Positions 21,295-22,303 of a stretch of DNA of 22,303 bases are shown here, one piece after another. The notes below the pieces were generated by a model. That model saw nothing but the letters and a program-made list of their open reading frames with translations, had not been told where the DNA came from and did not search any database. Position 1 is the first letter of the stretch. Each line of letters starts with the position of its first letter. Both the position numbers and the translations under genes were made by a program. Source of the stretch: Pseudovirgaria hyperparasitica (Eukaryota); NCBI GenBank assembly GCA_010093815.1, contig ML996597.1; one strand, 5' to 3'.

Positions 21295-22303
21295 TAAAGT
21301 AGTACTACTACTACTCTAACTAACTAGCTATATAGTAATAGTACTATCTACTTAGAGAAACCCTTAAAGTTAGTACTAGTCTTAGTATTATTAGTATATT
21401 TCTCTATCTTCTTTATAAGGTTATAAAGTTTATAGATATAGTAGTATATAGTCTTAGTATTCTTAGAGTTAACTACCTAGATAATAGTCTAAAGATTAGA
21501 CTTCTTTATAAGATAGTATAGTATAACTAGTCTAGAGATTATCTTTATAGTAAATAACTAGTATAAGTAGAAGGGTCTACTAATATATATAGAAGTAGTA
21601 GTAGACTAATAAAAGTATAAGACTTTACTAGTATAGATAGAGATCTTAGCTAGCTTTTCTAATTATTAGTTAGAGATCTTTATTATAGTATAATAAAAAG
21701 AGATATAACTTACTTTTATCTACTATAAAGAAATACCTTAACTACTTATTATCTATACTATAATTAGTATATCTACTATAACTAAATAATATCTAGATAC
21801 TAGAGAGAGAAATATAGTAGAACTTAAAGTAGTATTTATTCTTATAATAGATTATATATATCTTTATAGTAATCTTAGAGTAGATATAGATAAGAGCTAG
21901 ATATCTAAAGTAAGAATAGCTAAGATTAACCTTATAACGCCTAGTAGATATAATATTAAGCTATACTCTTATTAGAATAAACTTCTTAATCTTAGTATTA
22001 TTCCTAGTATAGAAATACTCTAGATTTTTAATAGTAAGATATATCTTAAAGTTCTTATAGCTATTAGCTATATAGAGTTAGATAGTCTTCTTACTATAAT
22101 AGTAGAATAACTTATAAAGAATCTCTTTACTATACTTACTATTAATATCTTTATAAGAGCTCTCTATCTTAGATAAGATATAGTAGTTATTATTATAGGA
22201 TTTTAGTGTAAACTTAACCTCTACTATATCTAATAAGTTTATATAAGGTATTTCCTTATTAGGAATAGCTTAATATTAGTAATCGATATTACTAATATTA
22301 TCT
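21295..22303 (-). pseudogene. RIP-destroyed intron-containing protein-coding relic of unknown identity, 5'-partial; continues left of the SINE to ~20270
   Basis: One minus-strand frame has only a handful of TAA/TAG stops over ~196 codons despite the AT richness. A 55-nt GTAAGT...CTAAC...TAG intron (21659-21713) joins it to the next open-looking frame. Confidence 0.55.

Larger units (their letters stand above)
10950..22303. other. AT-rich RIP-mutated repeat block (probably heterochromatic)
   Basis: Abrupt loss of CpA/TpG, large excess of TpA, and reading frames peppered with TAA/TAG at positions where Gln/Trp are expected. Confidence 0.95.

Overview
Filamentous ascomycete (Pezizomycotina-type) genomic DNA in two sharply different halves. 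Bases 1-~10900 are ordinary gene-rich sequence with four genes: the 3' part of the xylanolytic regulator xlnR (+), a 4-exon MATE efflux transporter (-), a divergently transcribed 4-exon ABC-F ATPase (+) and an intronless APH/choline-kinase-family phosphotransferase (-). From ~10950 to the end the DNA is AT-rich, TpA-rich and CpA/TpG-depleted, the signature of repeat-induced point mutation (RIP). Mentally reversing RIP resolves it into: a near full-length Tad1-like LINE (-); a second, 5'-truncated related LINE (+) carrying a 140-bp solo LTR; a ~940-bp tRNA-headed SINE with a 13-bp target-site duplication; and a RIP-destroyed intron-containing gene. Most notable: (i) the SINE and both LINEs share a 3' three-way-junction structure with compensatory changes and an (ATT)n tail, suggesting a LINE/SINE partner pair; (ii) an identical 31-bp palindrome brackets the LINE coding region, lying just before the ORF1 ATG and over the probable ORF2 stop. 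All calls are from reading the sequence by eye; no database searches were run.
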